DNA of 64,000 nucleotides from Octopus vulgaris (Eukaryota): NCBI GenBank assembly GCA_951406725.2, contig OX597833.1, positions 4,030,001 to 4,094,000 of the forward strand, read 5' to 3'. Shown piece by piece: positions 51,332 to 63,556 of this stretch (position 1 is its first letter; each line of letters starts with the position of its first letter). The notes under the pieces were generated by a model. It saw only the letters and a program-made list of their open reading frames with translations, ran no database searches and was not told where the DNA came from. The position numbers and the translations under genes were made by a program.

Positions 51332-53718
51332 GGGACCGTTTGAGCGGGATGGGCTACTCAACCTGAAGAAAATTGTAACTGGGCCCCACCTGCAAGGTCG
51401 TGTGCTGTTTATCTTGATATGAGATCACCATGTCGCGCACACATGGTTGTGATGCATGTGCCTGGTGTACCCTTATCAGACGGGTAGTCATGATGGGTAT
51501 ACTGGGCTTCGTATATTTTTACCCCAGTGTCACTTTGATGGCATGAACTGCTCTCTCACTCAATAATAATGATAATAATAATAATAATAATAATTGAAAT
51601 TTAAATTGATATGAGAGCAGAGCAAGCCCCCAAAACTGCTCTGCTGGGGACAGCTAGGATTTTGAGATTGGCACTTGGATGTTGAATGTCCTCCAATTTA
51701 ATTAACAACCAAGAATCAAAGCTTATAATGAGCGGAAGGAGACCCTGTGAGATCTCTGACAGCAGGCTGCTGTCTGCTCTCACTGATTCTACCAGATCAA
51801 ACAAGACCAAGCGCTCTGAGCAGTAAAACAATAATAATGATAATGATAACAATATAATCATACCAGCATGAAAAACAGATGCTAAATGATTGATCATCAT
51901 CATCATCATCATCGTTGTTTAACGTCTGCTTTCCATACTGGCATGGGTTGGACGGTTTGACTGAGGGCTAGCAAGCCAGGAGGCTGCACCAAGCTCCAAT
52001 CTGATCTGGCAAAGTTTCTACAGCTGGATGCCCTTCCTAATGCCAAACCCTCTGAGAATGCAATGTGTGCTTTTTATGCGCTACTAGCCTGATGACTGGC
52101 AGAAACGTTAGCACGCCGGGCGAAATGCGTAGCCGTATTTCGCTTGCTGTTACGTTCTCAGTTCAAATTCCACTGAGGTCAACTTTGCCTTTCATCCTTT
52201 CGGGGTCGATAAATTAAGTACCAGTTACGCACTGGCGTCGATTTAATCGACTTAATCCGTTTGTCTGTCCTTGTTTGTCCCCTCTGTGTTTAGCCCCTTG
52301 TGGGTAGTAAAGAAATAGGTATTTTGTCTGCCGTTACGTTCTGAGTTCAAATTCCGCCGAGGTCAACTTTGCCTTTCATCCTCTCGGGGTCGATAAATAA
52401 AGTACCATTTATGCACTGGGGTCGATGTAATTAACTTAATCCCTTTGTCTGTCCTTGTTTGTCCCCTCTATGTTTTGCCCGTTGTGTTTTGTCCCCTCTA
52501 TGTTTTGCCCTCTCTAAGGTCAAACACCGAATATAAGATGAAAGGAACATAATTATGGAAGCTGTTTAGTCAGTCCCTTAGTGGTTTTGTGTAAAAGTTA
52601 ACTCTGGTAGGGTTTGAACCTAGAACATTTATCAGCGTAAATAAAATTTTTATCTATTTTTCTATCATTTCTGTCAAAGACTACACTAATAATGATTCTA
52701 TACTGTGGCATCAGAATGAAAACATTGAGAGGGAGAGAGAGCAAAGAAGAAGAGGGAGGAGAAAAGAGGGAGAGAGGAGAAGAGAGGAGAAGAGAGAGAG
52801 AGAGAGAAAACAAAGTGAGAGAGGGAGAGAGAAAGACTAAAAAGTCTCAGGACTTGACTAATTGTTTTATGTCCTGCAATGATGAAGTATGTGTGTTTAA
52901 GGAGGATTTGAACTCAGATTGTAAAATGACATAAACCTCAATAATAATCTCCTTTCAGAACAATGTGTGTTGACATCACAATTGATTCAGTGCTGTAGGA
53001 GGACTTTCAGTCACTGGTGTTTCATCATCAGTGTGTCCCCTCAGTAAAAAACTACCCTCAGAACTCTGAATCTAAACAAAATTGGTTGTTCTTGTTTACA
53101 GAACTCAGTAAACAAATGATTTATTGATGAACACTGATGTCCACCAAATCATTAATAAATTCTCTTGAACATGTAAAACAGCAAGAAGGAAAACAGTGAT
53201 GTACATATTTCATTCATAATACTTTCTAATACGATTCCCAGACCGGGCGTTGTGAGTGTTTATTGAGCGAAAACACCTAAAGCTCCACGAGGCTCCGGCA
53301 GGGGATGGTGGTGATCCCTGCTGTACTCTTTCACCACAACTTTCTCTCACTCTTACTTCCTGTTTCTGTTGTACCTGCATTTCAAAGGGCCGGCCTTGTC
53401 ACTTTCTGTGTCACGCTGAATATCCCAGAGAACTACGTTAAGGGTACACGTGTCTGTGGAGTGCTCAGCCACTTACACGTTAATTTCACGAGCAGGCTGT
53501 TCCGTTGATTCGGATCAACCGGAACCCTCGTCGTCGTAACCGACGGAGTGCTTCCATCCATCCACATTCTAATAGTCAAATATTATATGATCAATCAGAG
53601 CTTCAAACATCATTAAATGTCAACTCCCTGCTCTTGAAATACTCAATCTGAGAATTTACCATTGTATTTTCCCACTGCTCCTAGCAACAATTACGGAACT
53701 AAAGAACTGTACACTCAC

Positions 53719-53904
53719 CTCTTTGGTGGCATTTCCGTCCATACCATCCTGTTGTACAACCTCTTATACAATAACCGGTCTGTTTGTTACATGGTTCTCT
53801 GTTTATACATTGACCACACCTTTTAATTCCTTTGCGGAAGATATAATAGCCATCTGGACATGTCGTTACCCGATAACGAGGCTCAGGTTTTACTACTTTA
53901 GTTA
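53719..53904 (-). CDS. Modular gene exon 8: basic 7-Cys EGF-like module
   Basis: 186 nt. (V)TKVVKPEPRYRVTTCPDGYYIFRKGIKRCGQCINREPCNKQTGYCIRGCTTGWYGRKCHQR. Confidence 0.9.
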
Positions 53905-54411
53905 CTGTAAATAACAATTAATTATATTTGTGTCAGTAATGAAAATCTAGAAATTAAATATCAAAACAATCTTTATTATCAAATATTGCAGATAATCCAA
54001 GACTTTGGACTTCGACACAGGATTTCTAACTGTTTGAAAGATGGGAGTATAATATAGGATGTCCTGCCTAGAAATTGAAACCTTGACTCTCACCCCATTG
54101 GTCAACTGAAAGCAGAATGCAAGGACTTTAGCTTCTGACATTCTTTTAATTTTTTTCATTTACTTGTTCCAGTCATAGGGCTGTGGCCATGCTGGGTACA
54201 TTGTATTGATTATCCCCAGAATATAACTGGTATGTAATTTATTGAACCTCGGCTGCTCAATACAATGTCAACACTGTTGCGACCCTATCTCAGAGTATCA
54301 GGAAATATCTATTTAAAGAATACAAGGCTTTCATTCAGGGCCTCTGCCCTGATGCCTTCTCTCAGTGCTTCAACCAACAACAATAACAAAACCAGAGATC
54401 TGTCTACTCAC

Positions 54412-54600
54412 CTCTTCTTTGGTGGCATGTCCGTCCATACCATCCTGTTGTACAACCTCTTATACAATAACCAGTCTGTTTGTTACATGGTTCTCTGTTT
54501 ATACATTGACCACACTTTTTTATTCCGTTGCCGATGATATAATAGCCATCTGGACATGTCGTTACACTATAACGAGGCTCAGGTTTTACAACTTTAGTTA
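54412..54600 (-). CDS. Modular gene exon 7: basic 7-Cys EGF-like module
   Basis: 189 nt. (V)TKVVKPEPRYSVTTCPDGYYIIGNGIKKCGQCINREPCNKQTGYCIRGCTTGWYGRTCHQRR. Confidence 0.9.
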
Positions 54601-54656
54601 CTGTAATTAAAAATTATATTTGTGTCAGAAAAAGCATTCTAGAATAATGCATGTTA

Positions 54657-54702
<46 letters not shown>

Positions 54703-54713
54703 CATTATTATTA

Positions 54714-54793
<80 letters not shown>

Positions 54794-55461
54794 ATTATTA
54801 TCTTCTCTCAATTTTGCTTTCATTTCTTACATGGGTATGTTGATTACAGCAACCTCAATGGTCAACTGGTGCTTAATTTTATTGACCTCGAAAAGATGAA
54901 AGGCAAAGTTGACCTTGGAAGGATTTGAACTCGGAACATGAAGATCCAGAAGAAATGTTGCTGAGCATTTTGTTTGAGGCTTTAATGATTCTGCCAAATC
55001 ACTGCCTTATATTTGCATAAAGTCACACACATTCATAGAACAAGACGAAATAGTAATTTGCAATGACCCACAATATATAACTGGTATGTAATTAATAGAA
55101 TCTCGATTCCTTAATGAAGACATCAACTGTTGGGGTTCTAGGGCAACCAGTCACTGAATGATGACGGGGATATCACGAGTGGGTTGGTGGGGCTGTCTCT
55201 CATGTCAGTTTGTAGCATCTATTTTTCCAGCATCTGTTGCTGAAGAGGAGAAACCACTCTGAAATGCATGCATCCAACAGTCTGAGTAGCAGGCATTGTG
55301 GACTGACTCAGAGTATTAACACCTATTTGTCAACAGCAAGAAATTTTCTCCAGGACAAAATTCAGTGACTAGCTTTTTAACAGACTCGAATATGCTTTGC
55401 GTATCCTCCTCTCCCTGTTCTTAATACCAACAAGTATAGAACAAGAGATGCTGGTTCTCAC

Positions 55462-55629
55462 CTCTTTGCTGACACTTTCGTCCATACCATCCTGGTTCGC
55501 AGCCCCAGATACATTCGCCGGTCAACGTATCACACGGATCTCTGCCTTTACACTGACCACAACTTCTACATCCTGAGCCGGAGGCATATTTCCCAGGTGG
55601 ACAACCCCTACGAGGTTTTATTTCATTTA
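55462..55629 (-). CDS. Modular gene exon 6: 8-Cys EGF-like module, type B
   Basis: 168 nt, tttacag/GTGAGA. (V)NEIKPRRGCPPGKYASGSGCRSCGQCKGRDPCDTLTGECIWGCEPGWYGRKCQQR. Confidence 0.9.
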
Positions 55630-57981
55630 CTGTAAATAATTAATTAATTAATAGATTAATTAATTAATAATTACATTTGTGTCATAAAACAACATCTGCA
55701 AATACCAAAAGTGACGCCATATAAAAAGCACGCATGCTGGTGCCATGTCAAAAGTATCTGTGATAGTGTCGTGTATAAAGCACTGGTGCTGGTGCCAACA
55801 TGAAAAGAAACCAGTACAGTCTGTAAAGTGGTTGGCATTAGGAAGGGCATCCAGCTGTAGAAACCATGTCCAAACAGACAATTGGAACCTGGTGCAGCTC
55901 TCCAGCTTGCTAGCTCTGGTCAAACTCTCCTATGCATGCTGTTTCTTTGCTACCCACAAGGGGCTAAATACAGAGGGGACAAACAAGGACAGACAAACGG
56001 ATTAAGTCGACTACATCGACCCCAGTGCGTAATTGGTACTTAATTTATCGACCCCGAAAGGATGAAAGGCAAAGTCGACCTCGCCGGAATTTGAACTCAG
56101 AACGTAGCAGCAGACGAAATATGGCTATGCATTTCGCCCGGCGTGCTAACGATTCTGCCAGCTCTCCGATGCATGCCAGCATGGAAAATGGATGTTAAAG
56201 GATGAGGATGACTGGAGCTGAATTCTTCAACTAACTTGAGATTTCTACTTGTTCTTTAGTCATTATATGTGTCCTCTAAACCCTTTAACCACCCCTCACT
56301 CACTCTCCCTAAACATTCTCGTAAACCTCTTCCTCCAGTTCCTCTGTTCGCAATAGCTTGTAGTTCCCTTTTTCTTACCTTGAGGATTCACCCTGATTCC
56401 TGTTTCTCCCTTTCCAGCCCCTCCTCAGTTACTCCCTCCAACTCTTATATAATGTGAGTAGCAATGTATTTCCTCTACAGTTGGAAACTTGTTCTGACCC
56501 CTTCTTTCATACTTTAACTGCTCATTCCTTATCACAAAGCTACCTATCTCTCTACTGTAGCACCTCTGAATCAAAAAGGGGCCTTAATCTTGAGAGGTGC
56601 ATGGTGACCTCACTAGTGCAGGTGCAACATAAAACAAAAAAAAAACACCCAGAATACTCAGTTAAGTTGTTGACATTAGGAAGGGCACCCAACCATAGCA
56701 ACCACGTCAAAGCCAAAACTAGAGTACAATGCAATTCTTGGATCTGTTTCATCTTGTCAGACCATCCGACCCATGCCAGCATGGCAAAAAGGGTGTTAAA
56801 TGATGATGATGGTCAATTTGCTTCTTTCAGTTTCCAGCTACCAAATCTATTCACGAGGCCTTTGATAAAAGACCTTTTCTCAAGGTGCTGTGTCGTGGGA
56901 CTGAACCTGAAACCTTATGTTTGGGAAGCAAACTTCTTAACCATGCATCTGTGCCAGAGACAGCTATAGCAAATTTAATTGGCAGGAGAACTAACTTATT
57001 TGTGTAACAGTCTAACTGTTTGCTTGGATGTAAGATTCATGATATTCTCTTCTTAGTAGATCCTCCTCCTCCTCCTCATCATCATCATCATCATCATTTA
57101 ACATCCATTGTTCATGCTGACATGGGTTGGACGGTTTGACCAGGGCTGGTAAGCTGGAGGGCTGCACCAGACTCCAGTCTGATTTGGCATGGTTTTCTAT
57201 GGCTGGATGCCCCTCCCAAAACTAACCACTCGGAGAGTGTAATGGGTGCTTTTTCGTGCCACCAGCACAGGGGCCATTCGCAGGACACCGGTAACTTGCA
57301 TGACTGTGAACTTGCTTGGCTCGTGGGTCTTCTTCTCAAGCATGACATTATGCCAAAGGTTCTTGGTCATTGCCTCTGTGAGGCCCAACACTCGAAAGGA
57401 ACTCAACCACTTTGCCTCCATGAAGCTCAACACTCAAAAGTTGCTTTTTATGTGCCACCAACATTATCCACAACTATTTCTAATTAATTAATTGTGGAAG
57501 CACTCCGTCGGTTACGACAATGAGGGTTCCAGTTGATCCGAATCAACGGAACAGCCTGCTCGTGAAATTAATGTGTGACTGGCTGAGCACTCCACAGACA
57601 CGTGCACCCTTACCGTAGTTCTCGGGGATATTCAGCATGACACAGAGAGTGACAAGGCTGGCCCCTTGAAATACAGGTACAACAGAAACAGGAAGTAAGA
57701 GTGAGAGAAAGTTGTGGTGAAAGAGTACAGCAGGGATCACCACCATCCCCTGCCAGAGCCTCATGGAGCTTTTAGGTGTTTTCGCTCAATAAACACTCAC
57801 AACGCCCGGTCTGGGAATCGAAACCGCGATCCTATGACCGTGAGTCCGCTGCCCTAACCACTGGGCCATTGCGCCTCCACAATTAATTAATTAAAACAGC
57901 CAATGAGGCACATCTCTGTTGTGTCCTTCACCCCTTGCATTTAACACCAACAATAATAGAACAAGAGATGCTGGTTCTCAC

Positions 57982-58158
57982 CTCTTTGCTGACACTTTCG
58001 TCCATACCATCCTGGTTCGCAGCCCCAGATACATTCGCCGGTCAACGTATCACAGGGATCTCTGCTTTTACACTGACCACAACTTCTACATCCTGAGTTG
58101 GAGGCATATTTCCCGGGTGGACAACCCCTACGAGAGGGAACATCAGGTGCTTCATTTA
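57982..58158 (-). CDS. Modular gene exon 5: 8-Cys EGF-like module, type B
   Basis: 177 nt. (V)NEAPDVPSRRGCPPGKYASNSGCRSCGQCKSRDPCDTLTGECIWGCEPGWYGRKCQQR. Confidence 0.9.
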
Positions 58159-58392
58159 CTGTAAATAGATAAAGAAATTAATTAATTAATTAACTGATTA
58201 ACTAATTAATCATTATATTTGTGTTAGGAAACAAAATTACAGAAACAAAATGACAAATGCGGCTGAGTGTTAAGAAGCACATAGTTCCAGGCACAGTGCC
58301 ACTGTGTGGCACCTTGGGCAAGTGTCTTCTATTATAGCATCAGGCTGACCAAAGCCTTGTGAGTAGATATATATATATATATATATATATAT

Positions 58393-59237
58393 GGTGGTGG
58401 TGGTGGTGGTGGTGGTGGTGGTGGTTTTAGTGGTGGTGGTGGTGGTTTTGGTGGTGTTGGTGGTTTTGGTGGTGTTGGTGGTTTAGGTGGTGGTGGTGGT
58501 GGTGGTGGTGGTGGTGGTGGTGGTGGTGGTGGTGGTGGTGGTGGTGGTGGTGGTTTTGGTGGTGTTGGTGGTTTTGGTGGTGGTGGTGGTTTTGGTGGTG
58601 TTGGTGGTTTAGGTGGTGGTGGTGGTGGTGGTGGTTTTGGTGGTGGTGGTGGTTTTGGTGGTGGTGGTGGTGGTGGTGGTTTTGGTGGTGTTGGTGGTTT
58701 TGGTGGTGGTGGTGGTTTTGGTGATGGTGGTGGTTTTGGTGGTGGTGGTGGTGGTGGTTTTGGTGATGGTGGTGGTTTTGGTGGTGGTGGTGGTGGTGGT
58801 TTTGGTGGTGTTGGTGGTTGGTGGTTTTGGTGGTGGTGGTGGTTTTGGTGGTGTTGGTGGTTTAGGTGGTGGTGGTGGTTTTGGTGGTTTTGGTGGTGGT
58901 GGTGGTGTTGGTGGTTTAGGTGGTGGTGGTGGTTTTGGTGGTGTTGGTGGTTTTGGTGGTGGTGGTGGTTTTGGTGATGGTGGTGGTTTTGGTGGTGTTG
59001 GTGGTTTTGGTGGTGGTGGTGGTGGTGGTTTTGGTGGTGTTGGTGGTTTAGGTGGTGGTGGTGGTGGTGGTGGTGGTGGTGGTTTTGGTGGTGTTGGTGG
59101 TTTAGGTGGTGGTGGTGGTGGTGGTGGTGGTGGTGGTGGTGGTGGTGTTGGTGGTTTTGGTGGTGTTGGTGGTTTTGGTGGTGTTGGTGGTTTTTGTGGT
59201 GGTGGTATTGATGCGTTTGATTTTGTGTTTGGAATGT
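58393..59237 (-). repeat. (CCA)n-based compound repeat; possible Pro-Lys-Thr-rich exon (PPKPPT)n
   Basis: Variants fall as whole codons in one frame (CCA, CCT, AAA, ACA, TCA). There is a phase-compatible TAG|AC at 59238-59239, one frameshift near 58815, and no visible donor. Confidence 0.5.
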
Positions 59238-59365
59238 CTATCATTCATGTCAGTATTCTATTAATTAATGAGTGAGATAACCAATCAGAGACTTGCCATT
59301 TTTTTTAGTGCTTCTCTGCTCTTAGCAACAACGATAATAACAGAACCAGTGATCTCAACACTCAC

Positions 59366-59557
59366 CTCTTCTTTTCTCACATCTTTGTCCATACCATCCT
59401 GTTGTACAACCTCTTATACAATAACCAGTCTGTTTGTCACATGGTTCTCTGTTTATACATTGACCACACTTTTTAATTCCGTTGCCGATGATATAATAGC
59501 CATCTGGACATGTCGGTACACGATAACGAGGCTCAGGTTTTGGCACAACTTTAGTGA
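59366..59557 (-). CDS. Modular gene exon 4: basic 7-Cys EGF-like module
   Basis: 192 nt. (V)TKVVPKPEPRYRVPTCPDGYYIIGNGIKKCGQCINREPCDKQTGYCIRGCTTGWYGQRCEKRR. Confidence 0.9.
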
Positions 59558-59602
59558 CTGTAAAGAACAATTAATTATATTTGTGTCAGAAAAGAAATTT
59601 TC

Positions 59603-59659
<57 letters not shown>

Positions 59660-60759
59660 TAATAATAATGCAATACCAGACAGTGGCTCTCGTGGCTTCT
59701 GATCTTAACTGATTGGGAGTGTTATCACGTACATGTTTTGTCTCGGTATAAAAGATGGGCTGCAGCAAATATTCTGCTCAATACCACAGAGTTGCTTGTC
59801 AGTTGTTTGACCTTAACCAGTTGAGCATGTCCCTTAGTGGCTGACGATATGTGCATCTCTGATCATGAGCAGAAGTAGTGGGGGAGCAACATAGCCATGT
59901 GCTGAGAGGGATTCTTTGGGGTTTGGATAATTCCCCTTTGGAAATATAGGTGTTTCATTCAATACCTTTAAACAACCCTTATTCAGAGACCTTTTGAGCA
60001 GGATGGGCTACCTGATCTGGAGAAAACTCTGACTAGGTCCCACCTGCAATGTCATGAACTGTTTATCTAGATACAAGATCACCATGTTGCATACATATGG
60101 TTGTGATGTATGTGCCTGGTGTACCCTTATCAGAAAAGTAGTTACGATAGGCATATTGGGCTCCCTACATTTGAGCACCAGGGTCACTTTGATGGCATGT
60201 ACTGCTCACTCACTCAATAATAATAATAATAACAAGTTTTCCTAATGTAGGCACAAGGCCAGAAATTTTAAGGGAAATTTTGAACTCAGAATGTAGAGGG
60301 TCAGAAGAAATGCTCCTAAACATTTTGTGTTGCATGCTAACGATTCTGCCAGCTCACGGCCACTTGGTTGATATTTTTATCTGATCAATCCAAAAGGACG
60401 AAAGATAAAATTGAACCTTGAAGGTATTTAAATTTAGGAAGGTGGCGAGCTGGCAGAAACGTTAGCACACCGGGCAAAATGCTTATCAGTATTTTGTCTG
60501 CCGTTACGTTCTGAGTTCAAATTCCGCCGAGGTCAACTTTGCCTTTCATCCTTTTGGGGTTGATTAAATAAGTACCTGTTAGGCACTGGGGTCGATATAA
60601 TCAACTTAATCCGTCTGTCTGTCCTTGTTTGCCCTCTCTGTGTTTAGCCCCTTGTGGGTAGTAAAGAAATAGGCATTTAAATTTAGGATGTAAAGAGCAA
60701 GAAAAAATGCCACAAAACATTTTGTCCATTGTATTAGAGCAAAAGATTTCAGCACTTAC

Positions 60760-60945
60760 CTCTTTGGTGGCATTTCCGTCCATACCATCCTGTTGTACAA
60801 CCTCTTATACAATAACCAGTCCGTTTGTTACATGGTTCTCTGTTTATACATTGACCACACCTTTTAATTCCTTTGCGAAATATATAATAGCCATCTGGAC
60901 ATGTCGTTACACTATAACGACGCTCAGGTTTTACAACTTTAGTGA
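60760..60945 (-). CDS. Modular gene exon 3: basic 7-Cys EGF-like module
   Basis: 186 nt, tttacag/GTAAGT. (V)TKVVKPERRYSVTTCPDGYYIFRKGIKRCGQCINREPCNKRTGYCIRGCTTGWYGRKCHQR. Confidence 0.9.
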
Positions 60946-60988
60946 CTGTAAATAACAATTAATTATAGTTGTGTCAAAAAAGAAATTT

Positions 60989-61041
<53 letters not shown>

Positions 61042-62130
61042 TAATAATGCAATACCAGGCAGTGGCTCTCATGGCTTCTCATCTTAACTGATTGGGAGTG
61101 TTATCATTTACATTGTTTTGTCTTGGTATAAAAGATGGGTTACAGCAAATATTCTACTCAATACCACAGAGTTGCTTGTCAGTTGTTTGACCTTAACCAG
61201 TTGAGCATGTCCCTTAGTGGCAGACGATATGTGCATCTCTGATCATGAGCAGAAGTAGTTGGGGAGCATCATAGCCGTGTGTTGAAAGGGAATCTTTGGG
61301 GTTTGGATAATTCACCTTTGGAAATATAGGTGTTTCATTCAATACCTTTAAACAACCCTTATTCAGAGACCTTTTGAGCACGATGGGCTACCCGATCTGG
61401 AGAAAACTCTGACTAGGCCCCACCTGCAATATCACAAACTGTTTATCTAGATACAAGATCACCATGTTGCATACATATGGTTGTGATGCATGTGCCTGGT
61501 GTACCCTTATCAGAAAAGTAGTTATGATAGGCATATTGGGCTCCCTACATTTGAGCACCAGGGTCACTTTGATGGCATGTACTGCTCACTCACTCAGTAA
61601 TAATAATAATAACAAGCTTTCCTAATGTAGGCATAAGGCCAGAAATTTTAAGGGGAATTTTGAACTCAGAATGTAGAGGGTCAGAAGAAATGCTCCTAAA
61701 CATTTTGTGTTGCATGCTAACGATTCTGCCAGCTCACGGCCACTTGGTTGATATTTTTATCTGATCAATCTAAAAGGACGAAAGATAAAATTGAACCTTG
61801 AAGGTATTTAAATTTAGGAAGGTGGTGAGCTGGCAGAAACGTTAGCACGCCGGGTGAAATGCTTGGCGGTATTTCGTCTGCCGTTACGTTCTGAGTTCAA
61901 ATTCCGCCGAGGTCAACTTTGCCTTTCATCCTTTCAGAGTCGATTAAATAAGTACCAGTTACACACTGGGGTCGATATAATCGACTTAATCCATCTGTCT
62001 GTCCTCTCTGTGTTTAGCACCTTGTGGGTAGTTAAAGAAATAGGCATTTAAATTTAGGATGTAAAGAGCAAGAAAAAATGCCACTAAGCATTTTGTCCAC
62101 TGTATTAGAGCGAAAGATTTCAGCACTTAC

Positions 62131-62316
62131 CTCTTTGGTGGCATTTCCGTCCATACCATCCTGTTGTACAACCTCTTATACAATAACCAGTCCGTTTGTT
62201 ACATGGTTCTCTGTTTATACATCGACCACACTTTTTAATTCCTTTGCGGAAGATATAATAGCCATCTGGACATGTCGTTACACGATAACGAGGCTCAGGT
62301 TTTACCACTTTATTTA
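62131..62316 (-). CDS. Modular gene exon 2: basic 7-Cys EGF-like module
   Basis: 186 nt. (V)NKVVKPEPRYRVTTCPDGYYIFRKGIKKCGRCINREPCNKRTGYCIRGCTTGWYGRKCHQR. Confidence 0.9.
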
Positions 62317-62833
62317 CTGTAAATAACAATTAATTATATTTGTGTCAGTAATGAAAATCTAGAAATTAAATATCAAAACAATCTTTATTATCAAATATTG
62401 CTGAAAATCCAAGACTTTGGACTTTGACACAGGATTTCTAACGGTTTGAAAGATGGGAGTATAATATAGGATGTCCTGCCTAGAAATTGAAACCTTGACT
62501 CTCACCCCATTGGTCAACGGAAAGTAGAAAGCAAGGACTTTAGCTTTTGACATTCTTTTGATCTTTTTCATTTATTTGTTTCAGCTGTGGCCATGCTGGG
62601 GACACTGTGGCCATGCTGGGGACATTGTATTGATTATCTCCAGAATATAACTGGTATGTAATTTGTTGAACCTCGGCTGCTCAATACAATGTCAACATTG
62701 TTGCGACTATCTCAGAGCATCAGGAAATATCTATTTAAAGAATTCAAGGCTTTCATTCAGGGCCTCTGCCCTGATGCCTCCTCTCACTGCTTCAACCAAC
62801 AACAATAACAAAACCAGAGATCTGTCTACTCAC

Positions 62834-62998
62834 CTCTTCTTTGGTCACATCTTTGTCCATACCATCCTGTTGTACAACCTCTTATACAATAACCAGTCTG
62901 TTTGTTACATGATTCTCTGTTTATACATCGACCACACCTTTTAATTCCTTTGCCGATGATATAATAGCCATCTGGACATGTCGTTACAACTTTAGTTA
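62834..62998 (-). CDS. Modular gene exon 1 (first within this window): basic 7-Cys EGF-like module
   Basis: 165 nt with an in-frame 24-nt deletion relative to siblings. TKVVTTCPDGYYIIGKGIKRCGRCINRESCNKQTGYCIRGCTTGWYGQRCDQRR. Confidence 0.88.
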
Positions 62999-63085
62999 CT
63001 GTAAATAATAATTATATTTGTGTCAGAAAAAAATATTCTAAAATAATGCATATTATCATTATTGTTACTATTATTATTATTATTA

Positions 63086-63124
<39 letters not shown>

Positions 63125-63126
<2 letters not shown>

Positions 63127-63504
63127 ATTTTTCCTTCTTTCTTCAAATTTTCTTCCGTTTCTCGCCGAGTGTTTTCCGTACACCTAGGGCAGAGAAGCTC
63201 ATTGTATGCATTCCCAGATTACACACCCAAATTCACAGGTAAAATATATATTTAAAAAATTAATAAATAACTAAATTCATGAATGGATGTTATTTTCACA
63301 GCGATAATGCTCTTGTTAGTACATGAGCCATTCCAGTTAATACGATTTTTTGCACTTCCTGTAGGGATGGTAAGCCTGGAATCATTTTCAAATAGGTTTC
63401 AGTACCTTTTTTTATCATTTCTAGAGATCCTACAATCACTGGTACTGTAGTCGCCTTGAGATGCCACATTTTTTCAATTTCTATTAGCAAGTCTTTATAT
63501 TTAC

Positions 63505-63505
<1 letters not shown>
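63125..63505 (-). mobile_element. R4/Dong-like retrotransposon 3' end
   Basis: SKYKDLLIEIEKMWHLKATTVPVIVG..VQKIVLTGMAHVLTRALSL* plus 3'UTR, between two (TAA)n tracts. Confidence 0.85.

Positions 63506-63556
<51 letters not shown>

Larger units (their letters stand above)
59575..62340. repeat. Tandem duplication of a ~1.37-kb exon+intron unit
   Basis: ~59575-60960 and ~60965-62330 are collinear, including the same retroelements and exon. Confidence 0.9.

Noticed and set aside
58613-59275. Plus-strand Val/Gly-rich 220-aa ORF
   Set aside because: Antisense reading of the CCA repeat, with no splice or start context.
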